Source of the DNA: Candidatus Obscuribacteraceae bacterium
GTDB taxonomy: Bacteria; Cyanobacteriota; Vampirovibrionia; Obscuribacterales; Obscuribacteraceae
Assembly (NCBI GenBank): GCA_044226015.1
Contig: JBGAHS010000005.1
Location: forward strand, 416,001 to 480,000
Direction: 5' to 3'
DNA length: 64,000 nt
This document shows, in pieces, positions 19,819-28,875 of this stretch. The stretch's first letter is position 1, and each line of letters opens with the position of its first letter. Made by a program: the position numbers and the translations under genes. The notes under the pieces are model-generated. The model worked only from the letters and a program-made list of their open reading frames with translations. It was not told the DNA's origin and did no database searches.

Positions 19819-20040
19819 GTATAGACCTCTTTTATCCGAACGAAAGAAGGCGTTTATTCCTTCCAAGCTCTGTCGCGTCCCACATCGTCTAGCCTTCAGC
19901 ATGACAATCTCAGAAACGCTCGACGCCATTCTAGCATCTGCAAATCTTGCTTCATTGAGACAAAAAATCAATAATATATTCAGACCCACTTCAAGCCTGT
20001 TTGCTAATGCGACAATAGAGCTGAATTTGGGGGAGAAGAT

Positions 20041-21882
20041 ATGAAGTCTTTTGTAAACAAGCATTTGGGAATTTGTCTTAGCTTGAGCCTGCTCTCTTAT
20101 TGTGCGGCTCAATCACAAGCGGCAGTGAGCGAAACTTCGAAGGACTCTCCTGCATTTGCAAGACTCGCAGATCAATTTATGAAGGATTCACTGGCGCTGG
20201 TTCCGTCAACTGCATCGCAAGCCGGCTATCACAAGCACGTTGATAAGGCTGGAAAAGAAATTGAACTGGACGCAGTTTTAGATGATGTAAGCTCTGTTGC
20301 TTATGCAAAACAAAAGACTTTTTATGAAGAATGGCAACAACGACTTCGCAAGGACGCACCTCTAGCCAGTCTTTCCGAAGAAGATGCCGCAGATTGGCGC
20401 TTAATTGATGACCAAATTTCGCTCTCTTTGCTTGAGTTGGACAAAATTCAAAATTATCGGCATAACCCTGCGTTGGTTGTTGAGATGATCGGAAGTGCGC
20501 TGTTTCAGCCACTGACGGAAGATTATGCCCCCAAAGAGAAGCGACTCTCGCACATCATTTCGCGCATTGGGCAAATCCCGAGAGCACTGTCAGATGTGAA
20601 AACGTATCTGAGCAATTCCAATGAGGTATATGTTAAGTCTGCAATCGACGAGAATGATGGAAATATCGAGCTGATTGAAAACACTATCAAAGCAGAGATT
20701 CTGCCCGGTTCAGCTCAGATGCTCGAATATGATAAGGTTGCACCATTAGCGGTGGCAGCTCTAAAGGATTATAAGAAGTGGTTAGAAACCTATCTATCTA
20801 AGCAGCCTTGCGATAGAAGTTGGAGATTGGGCGACAAGCTGTACCAAGAAAAATTTAGATATGTTATGGAGTCAGATCATTCCCCTGCGCAAGTACTTGC
20901 TGATGCTGAAAGTGATCTCAAATCTGTACGAGCTGAGATGCTTAAATTAGCTTTGCCTATGCATAAGAAAATGTATCCTGAACATTCTGAACATTCAGAT
21001 TTGAAAGAGCACGCAAAAGAGAATCAAATAATTGGCGAAGTCCTGAAGAAAATTTCGGATGAACATCCAAAGCGAGAGGACTTACAAAAGGCTATTGAGG
21101 CTGATCTGGAAGGCATTAAGGCTTTTATACGAGAAAAGAAAATAGTGGCACTCAGTGACCGAGATAATCTCAAGGTTGTTCCAACCCCTGTTTTTCAGCG
21201 AGCAGTTCTTTCTGTTGCGGCATTCCACAGCGCACCTGCGCTGAATCCCAAAGCTGAGGCTCAATACTGGGTAACGCCAATCGATAGCTCAGTTAGCAAT
21301 GAAAGAGCGGAATCCAAACTTCGTGAATATAACAACTTTACTCTCAAGTGGTTAACTATTCACGAGGCACTGCCTGGTCATTACATTCAGTTTGAACACT
21401 TGAATGATCTGAAGCCTGAGTGGCGTAGACTGTTGCGTTCTCTCTGTGGAAACGGAGCCTACATCGAAGGATGGGCTGAGTACATAGCTCAAGTTATGAT
21501 GGATGAAGGCTATATGGCGGATGACCCGCGTTTCCGCATGATAATGAAAAAGATTCGCTTGCGCTTGCTCTGCAACGCAATCTTAGACATCAAAATGCAC
21601 ACGCAAAACATGTCTGACAAAGAAGCGCTTGATTTGATGATGGTTGATGGATTCCAAACTCAAGCTGAGGCTGAGGGCAAATTGCGCCGTGCGCAACTGA
21701 CGTCGACACAGTTGCCAACCTACTATGTTGGTGTGCGTGAATGGCTTTCTTTCAGGAAGAAATATCAGGCTGCCGCTGGCGGAAAATTCGATATGTTGAA
21801 TTTTCACAACATGGCGCTCGATGAGGGACCACTATCGGTACCTGCTGTCGAGAAGATCATGATGGATCGTTTGAAGCACTAA
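20041..21882 (+). CDS. DUF885 family exported protein (putative metallopeptidase)
   Basis: Signal peptide; HEALPGHYIQ, YIEGWAEY, YYVG, FHNMALDEG motifs of DUF885. Confidence 0.88.
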   Translation: MKSFVNKHLGICLSLSLLSYCAAQSQAAVSETSKDSPAFARLADQFMKDSLALVPSTASQAGYHKHVDKAGKEIELDAVLDDVSSVAYAKQKTFYEEWQQRLRKDAPLASLSEEDAADWRLIDDQISLSLLELDKIQNYRHNPALVVEMIGSALFQPLTEDYAPKEKRLSHIISRIGQIPRALSDVKTYLSNSNEVYVKSAIDENDGNIELIENTIKAEILPGSAQMLEYDKVAPLAVAALKDYKKWLETYLSKQPCDRSWRLGDKLYQEKFRYVMESDHSPAQVLADAESDLKSVRAEMLKLALPMHKKMYPEHSEHSDLKEHAKENQIIGEVLKKISDEHPKREDLQKAIEADLEGIKAFIREKKIVALSDRDNLKVVPTPVFQRAVLSVAAFHSAPALNPKAEAQYWVTPIDSSVSNERAESKLREYNNFTLKWLTIHEALPGHYIQFEHLNDLKPEWRRLLRSLCGNGAYIEGWAEYIAQVMMDEGYMADDPRFRMIMKKIRLRLLCNAILDIKMHTQNMSDKEALDLMMVDGFQTQAEAEGKLRRAQLTSTQLPTYYVGVREWLSFRKKYQAAAGGKFDMLNFHNMALDEGPLSVPAVEKIMMDRLKH

Positions 21883-21889
21883 CTACTTG

Positions 21890-24370
21890 CTAGTAGAAGA
21901 GTAGGCGGCTTCCAGCAAGGTCTCCGCTATCAACATGTTCAATCTTATACTTGAAATTCTTGAATTGCGCGTCACCGCATTTCTTGTCGGCTGTGTAGCC
22001 GCAGAAGTCTAGCCATGGACCTGGGTAGGCAGCTATATAGATGGACTGCTCGCCTTCGGCCAATAACTTCGCCGGCATAGTGTCTTGGATGACAAAATGG
22101 CTCCAGCTTGCTTTGTTGTAGGGGACGTTTTGTGGTGCCATGTTCAGTACCACTGCCGGGCTTTGTTTGCCTGGCTGAAGTGCCACCACTACTTCAGCTT
22201 TACCATCGTTCTTTCCGACGACATCGCCTTCAACTGTCACCTTCAACCAGCCTGTTTTTGGCAGGCTTGGTAGTTTCGCTACAGCACCTGTGCTTCGAGC
22301 CGCTTTCATATTTACGCGGTTCACTCTAATGCCATCTACAGTTGGGTCTTGAACGTATAAATCAAAATCCTTTGAGACTAAGGACTTTTCGCAAATCTGC
22401 AGTTTTGTCTGTTTGCTTTCGGAGATTGAGTCCCCTTTGTTTGGATTGATGGCAAAGACAAGCCTTATTCGCAGCGACTCTTTCACTGGTTTTCCATCGA
22501 CAATTGAAATGGTTTTGACATTACCAGTTTTGATTGGACTGGGTACTCTCAAGTCAAAGCTGCTATCTGAATTGCAAAGACTGTTTACTGAGAAGTAATT
22601 GACTGCGAGCATATTTCTTTCTGGGTTGAGATCAGCAAATATCCGGCACAGCTCGGCATTGCCTGCGCTCAGCACTATTGAGTTTTCCCCTTCGAGGTTC
22701 AGATAATCAAATGGTATTGATGCTGCTCTCCAGTGCCTGAATTGATCAGTTGAAATTCCAGCAGGATAGCCTAGCGACCTGAGTTCGAAAGATTGCTTGT
22801 ACAGCTCTGACTCAAATGATCGTATGTGCTGAAGCTGAGGAAGTCTGTGTCCGTTTATGCTCAGTACGCCTTTCTCGATTGCGTCATCGCCATCAACGAG
22901 TACGAGTACGTCGGAATATCTTTCCCTCTCGAACGGAATATTTGCGAGGTCAATCTTCTTTTCGACCATCTTGCCTGGAGCAAGCGTGATGGTGCTTTCT
23001 GATTGTTCAAACAATGGAGATAGAGAAGTTCCCTTTGCCAGTAATACTACTAATAGTGCTGATATTCCGACAAGTGGCAAGGTGCCGCGAACTTGTTCTC
23101 TGTTTATCAGGCGTGAAAATATCAGCGAGCCGAAAATCAAAAAGAAAGGCATCGCAGTCATGCCATATCGAGCAGCTGGAGTAAAGAGAATGTAGCAAAA
23201 GTGCGTGGCAATCAAAATCAAGCTAGCATAAGCTGCAACCTGCTGTGGAAGCTCGTGAAACTTCTTGCGTTGCGCTAAGAATGCAAAAATTCCGCTCAAG
23301 CCGAGAATCAAAAGCAATTGTTGCCAGATGTTTTGTGATTGCGGGCTCAGCCCGAAAAAACTCTGTCTGAAATCATTTGCCTGGCGGGTCCACAGAGAGG
23401 ATAGTTTCACCGTAGCCATGCGCACACAATCAAGAGTATGGAACTCCCATTGAGATAAAGGAAACGCATACGGAGATTGATCGTCTTTGCTGAACATTGT
23501 GGTAAGTGGTGGTGCTGGTGATACCAGGCAGCCATCCACCTCTGAGTCCGAACCCATGGCAAGATTGAAAGCAGGGAATCGATTTGCTGTTATTTTTGCC
23601 TGCCCTGTCATCACTTTTGTGTATGCCATCCAAGGAGCAAGCGCAAGAAGAATTCCAAGTCCTGCAATCAGGAAATGCTTCTTTGAAAAACGCAGTTGCA
23701 AGAGTGTTGCTAATGCTGCAGCCGGTAATAAAGCCGGTTTTAACAATGCCACCACACCAGCCAGTATGCCCGCGATTGCTGATCTTAGAACTCGTTTTGA
23801 GCTCACGAGTGAAGTTACAAACAATAGTGTGAAGAGAATAACAGTTGTTTCAGTGTAAAGAATTCCAGACCAGAAAATTGCAGCCGGGTAAAATGCCCAT
23901 GCCAAGCCCGCGAATAAGGCAGCACTTCTTTTCTTGCTAAATACGTAACTTAGATTGAAAATCAACGTGGCTGATAACGCGTGCATAAATGATTGAATCA
24001 TTTCAATAGCACGGCAGTCCTGAATTCCTGGTGCATGTCCGAGCATGGCAAAAATCGAGGCGAAAATCGATGGGAACGCAGGACCATCGACAAGAATTGA
24101 TGTGAGGAAATCGGCGTCTGTTATGAGCTTGAGATCCAGTTTGCCGTGCAATGCGGAAAGCAAGAAATCTGTGATGCGGGCTGTGTCAAAAATGTATTGC
24201 CGCGCATCAAAGCATAGGGTCCGCTTTGGCCCATCAGCTGTGAAATGGAATACTACAGCGCAACACAGAGCCGAAAAGAAAACCAGCGCGGCACAACGCC
24301 ACTGTTCTTTTTTGAGGTTTTTTTCTGCTGCGGACTGCGAGTAGCTTTTGTCAGCTGAAATCGTTTGCAA
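21890..24370 (-). CDS. polytopic membrane protein, GT-C/ArnT-like glycosyltransferase with a C-terminal extracytoplasmic domain
   Basis: FDARQY, GPAFP, AWAFYPAAIFWSGILYTET, ALLKPA, ARYGMT; multiple TM helices. Start uncertain. Confidence 0.7.
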   Translation of the reverse strand: MQTISADKSYSQSAAEKNLKKEQWRCAALVFFSALCCAVVFHFTADGPKRTLCFDARQYIFDTARITDFLLSALHGKLDLKLITDADFLTSILVDGPAFPSIFASIFAMLGHAPGIQDCRAIEMIQSFMHALSATLIFNLSYVFSKKRSAALFAGLAWAFYPAAIFWSGILYTETTVILFTLLFVTSLVSSKRVLRSAIAGILAGVVALLKPALLPAAALATLLQLRFSKKHFLIAGLGILLALAPWMAYTKVMTGQAKITANRFPAFNLAMGSDSEVDGCLVSPAPPLTTMFSKDDQSPYAFPLSQWEFHTLDCVRMATVKLSSLWTRQANDFRQSFFGLSPQSQNIWQQLLLILGLSGIFAFLAQRKKFHELPQQVAAYASLILIATHFCYILFTPAARYGMTAMPFFLIFGSLIFSRLINREQVRGTLPLVGISALLVVLLAKGTSLSPLFEQSESTITLAPGKMVEKKIDLANIPFERERYSDVLVLVDGDDAIEKGVLSINGHRLPQLQHIRSFESELYKQSFELRSLGYPAGISTDQFRHWRAASIPFDYLNLEGENSIVLSAGNAELCRIFADLNPERNMLAVNYFSVNSLCNSDSSFDLRVPSPIKTGNVKTISIVDGKPVKESLRIRLVFAINPNKGDSISESKQTKLQICEKSLVSKDFDLYVQDPTVDGIRVNRVNMKAARSTGAVAKLPSLPKTGWLKVTVEGDVVGKNDGKAEVVVALQPGKQSPAVVLNMAPQNVPYNKASWSHFVIQDTMPAKLLAEGEQSIYIAAYPGPWLDFCGYTADKKCGDAQFKNFKYKIEHVDSGDLAGSRLLFY

Positions 24371-24527
24371 ATGCTTATTTCCCGGATAATCGGAATGATC
24401 TTACGGGATCTACTTGAAATCGTAATTAAGGCGGGATAATTCTTCTCGAAACATAAATCATGTGGCGCCAGCATGCAACGATCTCCGCGCGAAGCCTTCA
24501 GGGGTGCATATTCCCAGTCAAAACAAG

Positions 24528-24596
24528 AGGATGCCGGCGTTCCCAGTTCGGAATCCGGCATCCTGCTTAAGCTAAGTTTAGTGTTAGCGCTCCCAG
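24528..24596. repeat. REP-like inverted repeat related to the 9463-9507 element
   Basis: AGGATGCCGG (24528-24537) / CCGGCATCCT (24555-24564) inverted pair; AGGATGCCGGCGTTCCCAG and GCGCTCCCAG resemble AGGATGGCGGCGCTCCCAG. Confidence 0.55.
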
Positions 24597-24743
24597 GGTT
24601 CTGGGTCGTCGTAGTCGTAGGTAGGTATTGAAATTGGATTGGAGCCATCTCATGGCTGCTAAAACTACGAATAAATAAGACAAAGCTGTTTAGATAAACC
24701 AGAATTAGCTTTGGATGCTCAGAAATTTCGTTAATTCTAGTTA

Positions 24744-26096
24744 TTAGTGGTTCAGTTTACGCGCTGCCTCTTTCAATTTTGAGATTGGAATACTGACTGG
24801 CATCATTGTTCCGTCCGGTCCTTTTAGTTCGAGCTTAACTTTGTCGTTTTCGACGGTTACTTTTGTAGGAACGATTGTTGTCTCCAATTTTCCTATTTGC
24901 ACATTTGCTTTGATGCCAGATATCTTTTCAAGACTAACGGAGTCTTTTTCCTGGTTGAGGCTGGCTGACAAGCTCTTTTCGAGGTCCAGGGACTTGACGG
25001 TTACTGGTATCTTGATCAAGGCATTTTCGTCTGGCTTCGGAGTGAAGTTCAGTTCCACATGCTTTGTTCCTTTCGCTTCCGTGCTGACATCGAATGTGGT
25101 GCCATTTCTCTTGATGCCCATTTTTGAGATATCTTCTGTGCCTTGAAATAGGCGCATCATACCTTCAACCTTTTTCAATGAATCAGGATGCTGCATCAGC
25201 GCCTTCATAGGACTGTTTTCAGGTAAGTGTTGCTCTCGCAAGGTTGTGGTGCTAGTGTGGATTCTGCGTCTCATGTGTAAATCAGAGGTGGTGTTTATGA
25301 ATCCTCCTTGAGCATCTTTTCCAACAAACATAGAACCTGTTTCGCTATGGCGAAGGCGTCCGAGCGGACCCTGCACGGTTCCAGAGAAGCCCTCCATGTT
25401 CGAGATGGAAAAGCCGTTCTGCTGTGGTTTTAAGTCAAAAGATAGATGTGAATCGAGGTGAGTTTGAATTGGTCTGAAACCGCGAACCGAAATATTTGGT
25501 GCCGCTGCGTTTTGCGCTTGCATCAGGTTAATATCGACATGGCTGGAGCCGTTGTTTACAGTAACAGTCGCATCTCTAAGATTGTCCAGCTTTTTAAGTG
25601 CTTCTTTGATTTCAGAGACTGGAGAGGTCGAATCTGTAATTCTGTTGACGATATTGCTTGCGATTTCCTTTTGTTGAAAATCGCGTGGTTGTTGGTTCCT
25701 GCTTGCATCAACTGCTGATTTCCCGGCGGCGTCTTTTGTCGCAGTCACAGTGGGAGGTGATTTGATTTGAGCTTCGGGATTTGCTAACTGATGCGGCGGT
25801 TTCGTTTCTGCGGGCAGAACGTATATTTTGGGTTTGTCATCATCGGCTGATTTGGGTTTGCCTTTTTCGCCTGACTTGTCCGGAGCTTTCGTCTCCTCAG
25901 CTTTCTTTTCCTTGCTATCGAAGGTCTGCAACGATGGCAAACTTTGCGCCTCTGTGCTTTTCGGGGTCAGTGACTTGAAAAAGCCCTGTGCGTCGTTTAA
26001 TAGTTTGAATGCATCAAAGTTAGGACTTTTTTCTGAAGGAGAGTCTTGCGCTTTATCGCTTTCTTCGACCTTCGGGCTTTTTATGTCTTTGTCCAT
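24744..26096 (-). CDS. hypothetical protein (disordered N-terminus, beta-rich C-terminus)
   Basis: Long ORF; probable start MDKDIKSPK at 26096; no recognisable family. Confidence 0.75.
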   Translation of the reverse strand: MDKDIKSPKVEESDKAQDSPSEKSPNFDAFKLLNDAQGFFKSLTPKSTEAQSLPSLQTFDSKEKKAEETKAPDKSGEKGKPKSADDDKPKIYVLPAETKPPHQLANPEAQIKSPPTVTATKDAAGKSAVDASRNQQPRDFQQKEIASNIVNRITDSTSPVSEIKEALKKLDNLRDATVTVNNGSSHVDINLMQAQNAAAPNISVRGFRPIQTHLDSHLSFDLKPQQNGFSISNMEGFSGTVQGPLGRLRHSETGSMFVGKDAQGGFINTTSDLHMRRRIHTSTTTLREQHLPENSPMKALMQHPDSLKKVEGMMRLFQGTEDISKMGIKRNGTTFDVSTEAKGTKHVELNFTPKPDENALIKIPVTVKSLDLEKSLSASLNQEKDSVSLEKISGIKANVQIGKLETTIVPTKVTVENDKVKLELKGPDGTMMPVSIPISKLKEAARKLNH

Positions 26097-26313
26097 GGGC
26101 GTCCCCTGAGCAAGTTGGAGTAATGCTATTTCCGAAGCCGCGCTTCGAGAATAGACCAACCGATCAGAAAAACCCGCCTTCCTGGGTTCATTATTGAACA
26201 GTAATGAAGGTTTGATCAATGTGGATTTGTGCAGTTCGAAAGATTAAACCGTGCAAGTGACGCTGAGCTTCCGAAATGGGAGAATGCTGCAATGGCAAAT
26301 TTGGGAGATAGAC

Positions 26314-27129
26314 ATGAATTGGCTTCGTAAACTCTGTTTTTTGGCGATTATCGCGTCGACTATGTCCGCCAATCTGATGGTCTGCGGAGCTGAATCATAC
26401 AAACCAATTATTGGAATAAACACTGATGTAGACGGTGAAAAGCCTGAAAAATCCTCGGTTAATTCGCAATATGTTGCCGCTGTAAGGAACGCAGGCGGAG
26501 TTCCAATTCTATTGCCCCCCTTATCTGCTCCTGAACTCGATGAAGTACTCACTCATCTTGATGGGGTTTTGATGATCGGTGGGGCTGACTATCCGCCCGA
26601 GCTGTATAAACAAGAACAACATAGCGCAGTTAGCTTGATGAAAAAGAGCCGCTCTGATTTCGATTTGCTGCTGGCCAAACGTGTACTCGGTGCAGATGAG
26701 CAAATTCCAGTGCTCGGAATTTGTGCAGGCTGCCAGGCTCTCAATATTGCGTCTGGTGGCTCGCTGCTTCAAGATATTCCAGCTCTAAAACCAGATTCGA
26801 AGGTTCAGCACTCAAGCCCAGAAGGCTGGAAGAAAGGTTTTAACACTCATGATGTGGAATTTGCAGATAAAAGCAAGTTGGGAAAGATTTTTGCTGCCAA
26901 AGGGCTGACCGTTGTTTCCTCGCACCATCAGTGTGTTGATTCTGCGGCAAAGGGTTTTCTTGTCACAGCGAAATCGCCAGACGGACTAACTGAAGGGATA
27001 GAACGTCAGGGTGACCGCTTTGTTGTTGGAGTGCAGTGGCATCCCGAAAGAGATTTTGAACATAATAAAGCACTCTTTGCCGAGCTGATTAAACAAGCTT
27101 CCGAGTATCATGAGAAGCGAACGAAATAG
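26314..27129 (+). CDS. gamma-glutamyl-gamma-aminobutyrate hydrolase family (peptidase C26, class I glutamine amidotransferase)
   Basis: KPIIGI, AGGVPILLP, GGADY, PVLGICAGCQ (catalytic Cys), SSHHQ, GVQWHPE; N-terminal signal-like peptide. Confidence 0.9.
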   Translation: MNWLRKLCFLAIIASTMSANLMVCGAESYKPIIGINTDVDGEKPEKSSVNSQYVAAVRNAGGVPILLPPLSAPELDEVLTHLDGVLMIGGADYPPELYKQEQHSAVSLMKKSRSDFDLLLAKRVLGADEQIPVLGICAGCQALNIASGGSLLQDIPALKPDSKVQHSSPEGWKKGFNTHDVEFADKSKLGKIFAAKGLTVVSSHHQCVDSAAKGFLVTAKSPDGLTEGIERQGDRFVVGVQWHPERDFEHNKALFAELIKQASEYHEKRTK

Positions 27130-27976
27130 CTCGGGCGATCGCGAATGCATCCCTCCCAATTTCAGGGAGCGCTTTGCTTGTGTAAGTTCAATTTTTCTCT
27201 CTGTCATGTGCATCATGTCAGTTCTGGTGCTGTCGCTGCCAGGTGTGTTGAAGCAGCGACAGGTTCTTGCCAGGCTGGGTGCTGAGCCTCCCGTGATGGT
27301 GTGGGTCTGGGAACGAGCAACTGAATTGAGCTGTATCGATCCACAATCGACAGGGGCTGCAGTCTTGATCTCTACCCTGACCCTGAAAGGGCGAGATATA
27401 ATCAATCGAGGTCGGCTTCAACCTTATGTCATTCCTGATAGTGCCTATAGACTGGCTGTTATTCGAATTGAGCTTGATCAGAGTGATCCACCGGTACTAT
27501 CTGTGGTGCAACGCGATGCGTTGTCCGCGCGTATTTTGCTTGCATTTGCGAAGGTGAAGGCAAATGGGCTGCAAATTGATTTTGATGCGAAATTGCGTGA
27601 ACGTGATTTCTATATGGGGTTGCTTCAAGTTCTCCGAGCAAAGTTAAATCCAGCGGTGCCTCTTTCGATGACAGCTTTATCTTCATGGTGCCTTGATGAT
27701 GTGTGGATTCGAAATTTGCCTGTCGATGAAGTGGTGCCTATGTTCTTCTCCATGGGTGCTGGCACAGAAGAAGGCAAGAAAAGATTGCTCACTGGAAAAA
27801 TTTCGAAAATACCCCAGCGATTAAGTATGGGTTTCTCTGTGGCTGACCGTGAGTTGTTTGAACGTGCGTCCAAGTTGAGTAAGAATGTGTTTTTATTCTC
27901 GTCACAGGGTTGGGGAAATAGCTCCAGTCGAATCGCCCTGAAGAGCCTCACACTGCGTATGAAAAGCCATCATTAG
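27110..27976 (+). CDS. DUF3142 domain-containing protein
   Basis: MVWVWER, GLQIDFDA, LSMTALSSWC, VDEVVPMFFSMG; N-terminal TM helix; start uncertain. Confidence 0.7.
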   Translation: MRSERNSSGDRECIPPNFRERFACVSSIFLSVMCIMSVLVLSLPGVLKQRQVLARLGAEPPVMVWVWERATELSCIDPQSTGAAVLISTLTLKGRDIINRGRLQPYVIPDSAYRLAVIRIELDQSDPPVLSVVQRDALSARILLAFAKVKANGLQIDFDAKLRERDFYMGLLQVLRAKLNPAVPLSMTALSSWCLDDVWIRNLPVDEVVPMFFSMGAGTEEGKKRLLTGKISKIPQRLSMGFSVADRELFERASKLSKNVFLFSSQGWGNSSSRIALKSLTLRMKSHH

Positions 27977-28037
27977 CATCCGAGCCAGTGCTTGTTTCGG
28001 AATCGCGAGCGAACAACAGTTGTGCAAAACTTCTATT

Positions 28038-28580
28038 CTAGTGTGAGGATTTGCCAGCTGAGTGGGATTCGTGGGATGGCGATGATTTAGCCTCAGTGCC
28101 ATTGAGCTTTGTAGCATTGCCATTTTTCACAGGCGTTTGTTTAAGCTCCGCGTTTTGCTTAGGAGTCTTGTTGTCTGTTGCGCCAGACTTTGAATGTTCT
28201 TTATCGGCGTTGTGAATTATTTTTTCGATTTCCGATGGGTGCGCTTTTGCGTAAATCAAAAATGAGTGCAAGTCTCTGAGCCGTTTATCGTCATGGGCTA
28301 GGCTCGTGAATGGTGGCATTTTTCCATTCTTCCTTCCCAGAAATTCCTTCAGCTTGCTGAGGTCATCTGCAATCATGGAATTTTGAATTTCCTTTTCCGG
28401 GTTGACTAGATTGCGTCCAATCAAGTGGCAGATCTCGCAGTTGGTCATGTAGATTTTTTCGCCATGTTCAATGTCTATGGCTTCGTTTTTGCTGGGGCTG
28501 GCGATTGAGGTGAAAGGTGCGGCGAAAAGCAGTGCGGTTGTTGCTGCCAGTGTTATCCTCAAAACATTTTCGCTTGCCAT
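28038..28580 (-). CDS. class I monoheme cytochrome c (cytochrome c6-like) with a low-complexity C-terminal tail
   Basis: Signal peptide; GEKIYMTNCEICH (CxxCH), GRNLVNPEK, NGKMPPF (axial Met). Confidence 0.85.
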   Translation of the reverse strand: MASENVLRITLAATTALLFAAPFTSIASPSKNEAIDIEHGEKIYMTNCEICHLIGRNLVNPEKEIQNSMIADDLSKLKEFLGRKNGKMPPFTSLAHDDKRLRDLHSFLIYAKAHPSEIEKIIHNADKEHSKSGATDNKTPKQNAELKQTPVKNGNATKLNGTEAKSSPSHESHSAGKSSH

Positions 28581-28875
28581 TGGAGTTCCTTTCGAAAGCA
28601 AATTCAGTCACTGTTCCAAGCATAAACTATTAGAAGATGCGGGACCACAAAGATAATTAAGTAGCTGTTAATTTTTGGCTAGCAACAGACTGCGACAACT
28701 ATGCTGAAAAAAACGAGGCAGTAAACAAGCTTATTTAACTTCGAAATTCTTATTTCCACAGAAGCAATTCTCCTCATCATAGTGTTTCACAAAACAGGGC
28801 TAAAATTCCCTGTTCAAGCCATTGTTACTAAACTTTCCCTGCTTTAATAGGCAGGTTGTTGTGGTGCTTCCTAAT

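Noticed and set aside
19819..20112. Long N-terminal extension of the amidohydrolase overlapping the DUF885 gene
   Set aside because: An RBS and signal peptide support a GTG start at 19818; the extension spans a divergent promoter region.
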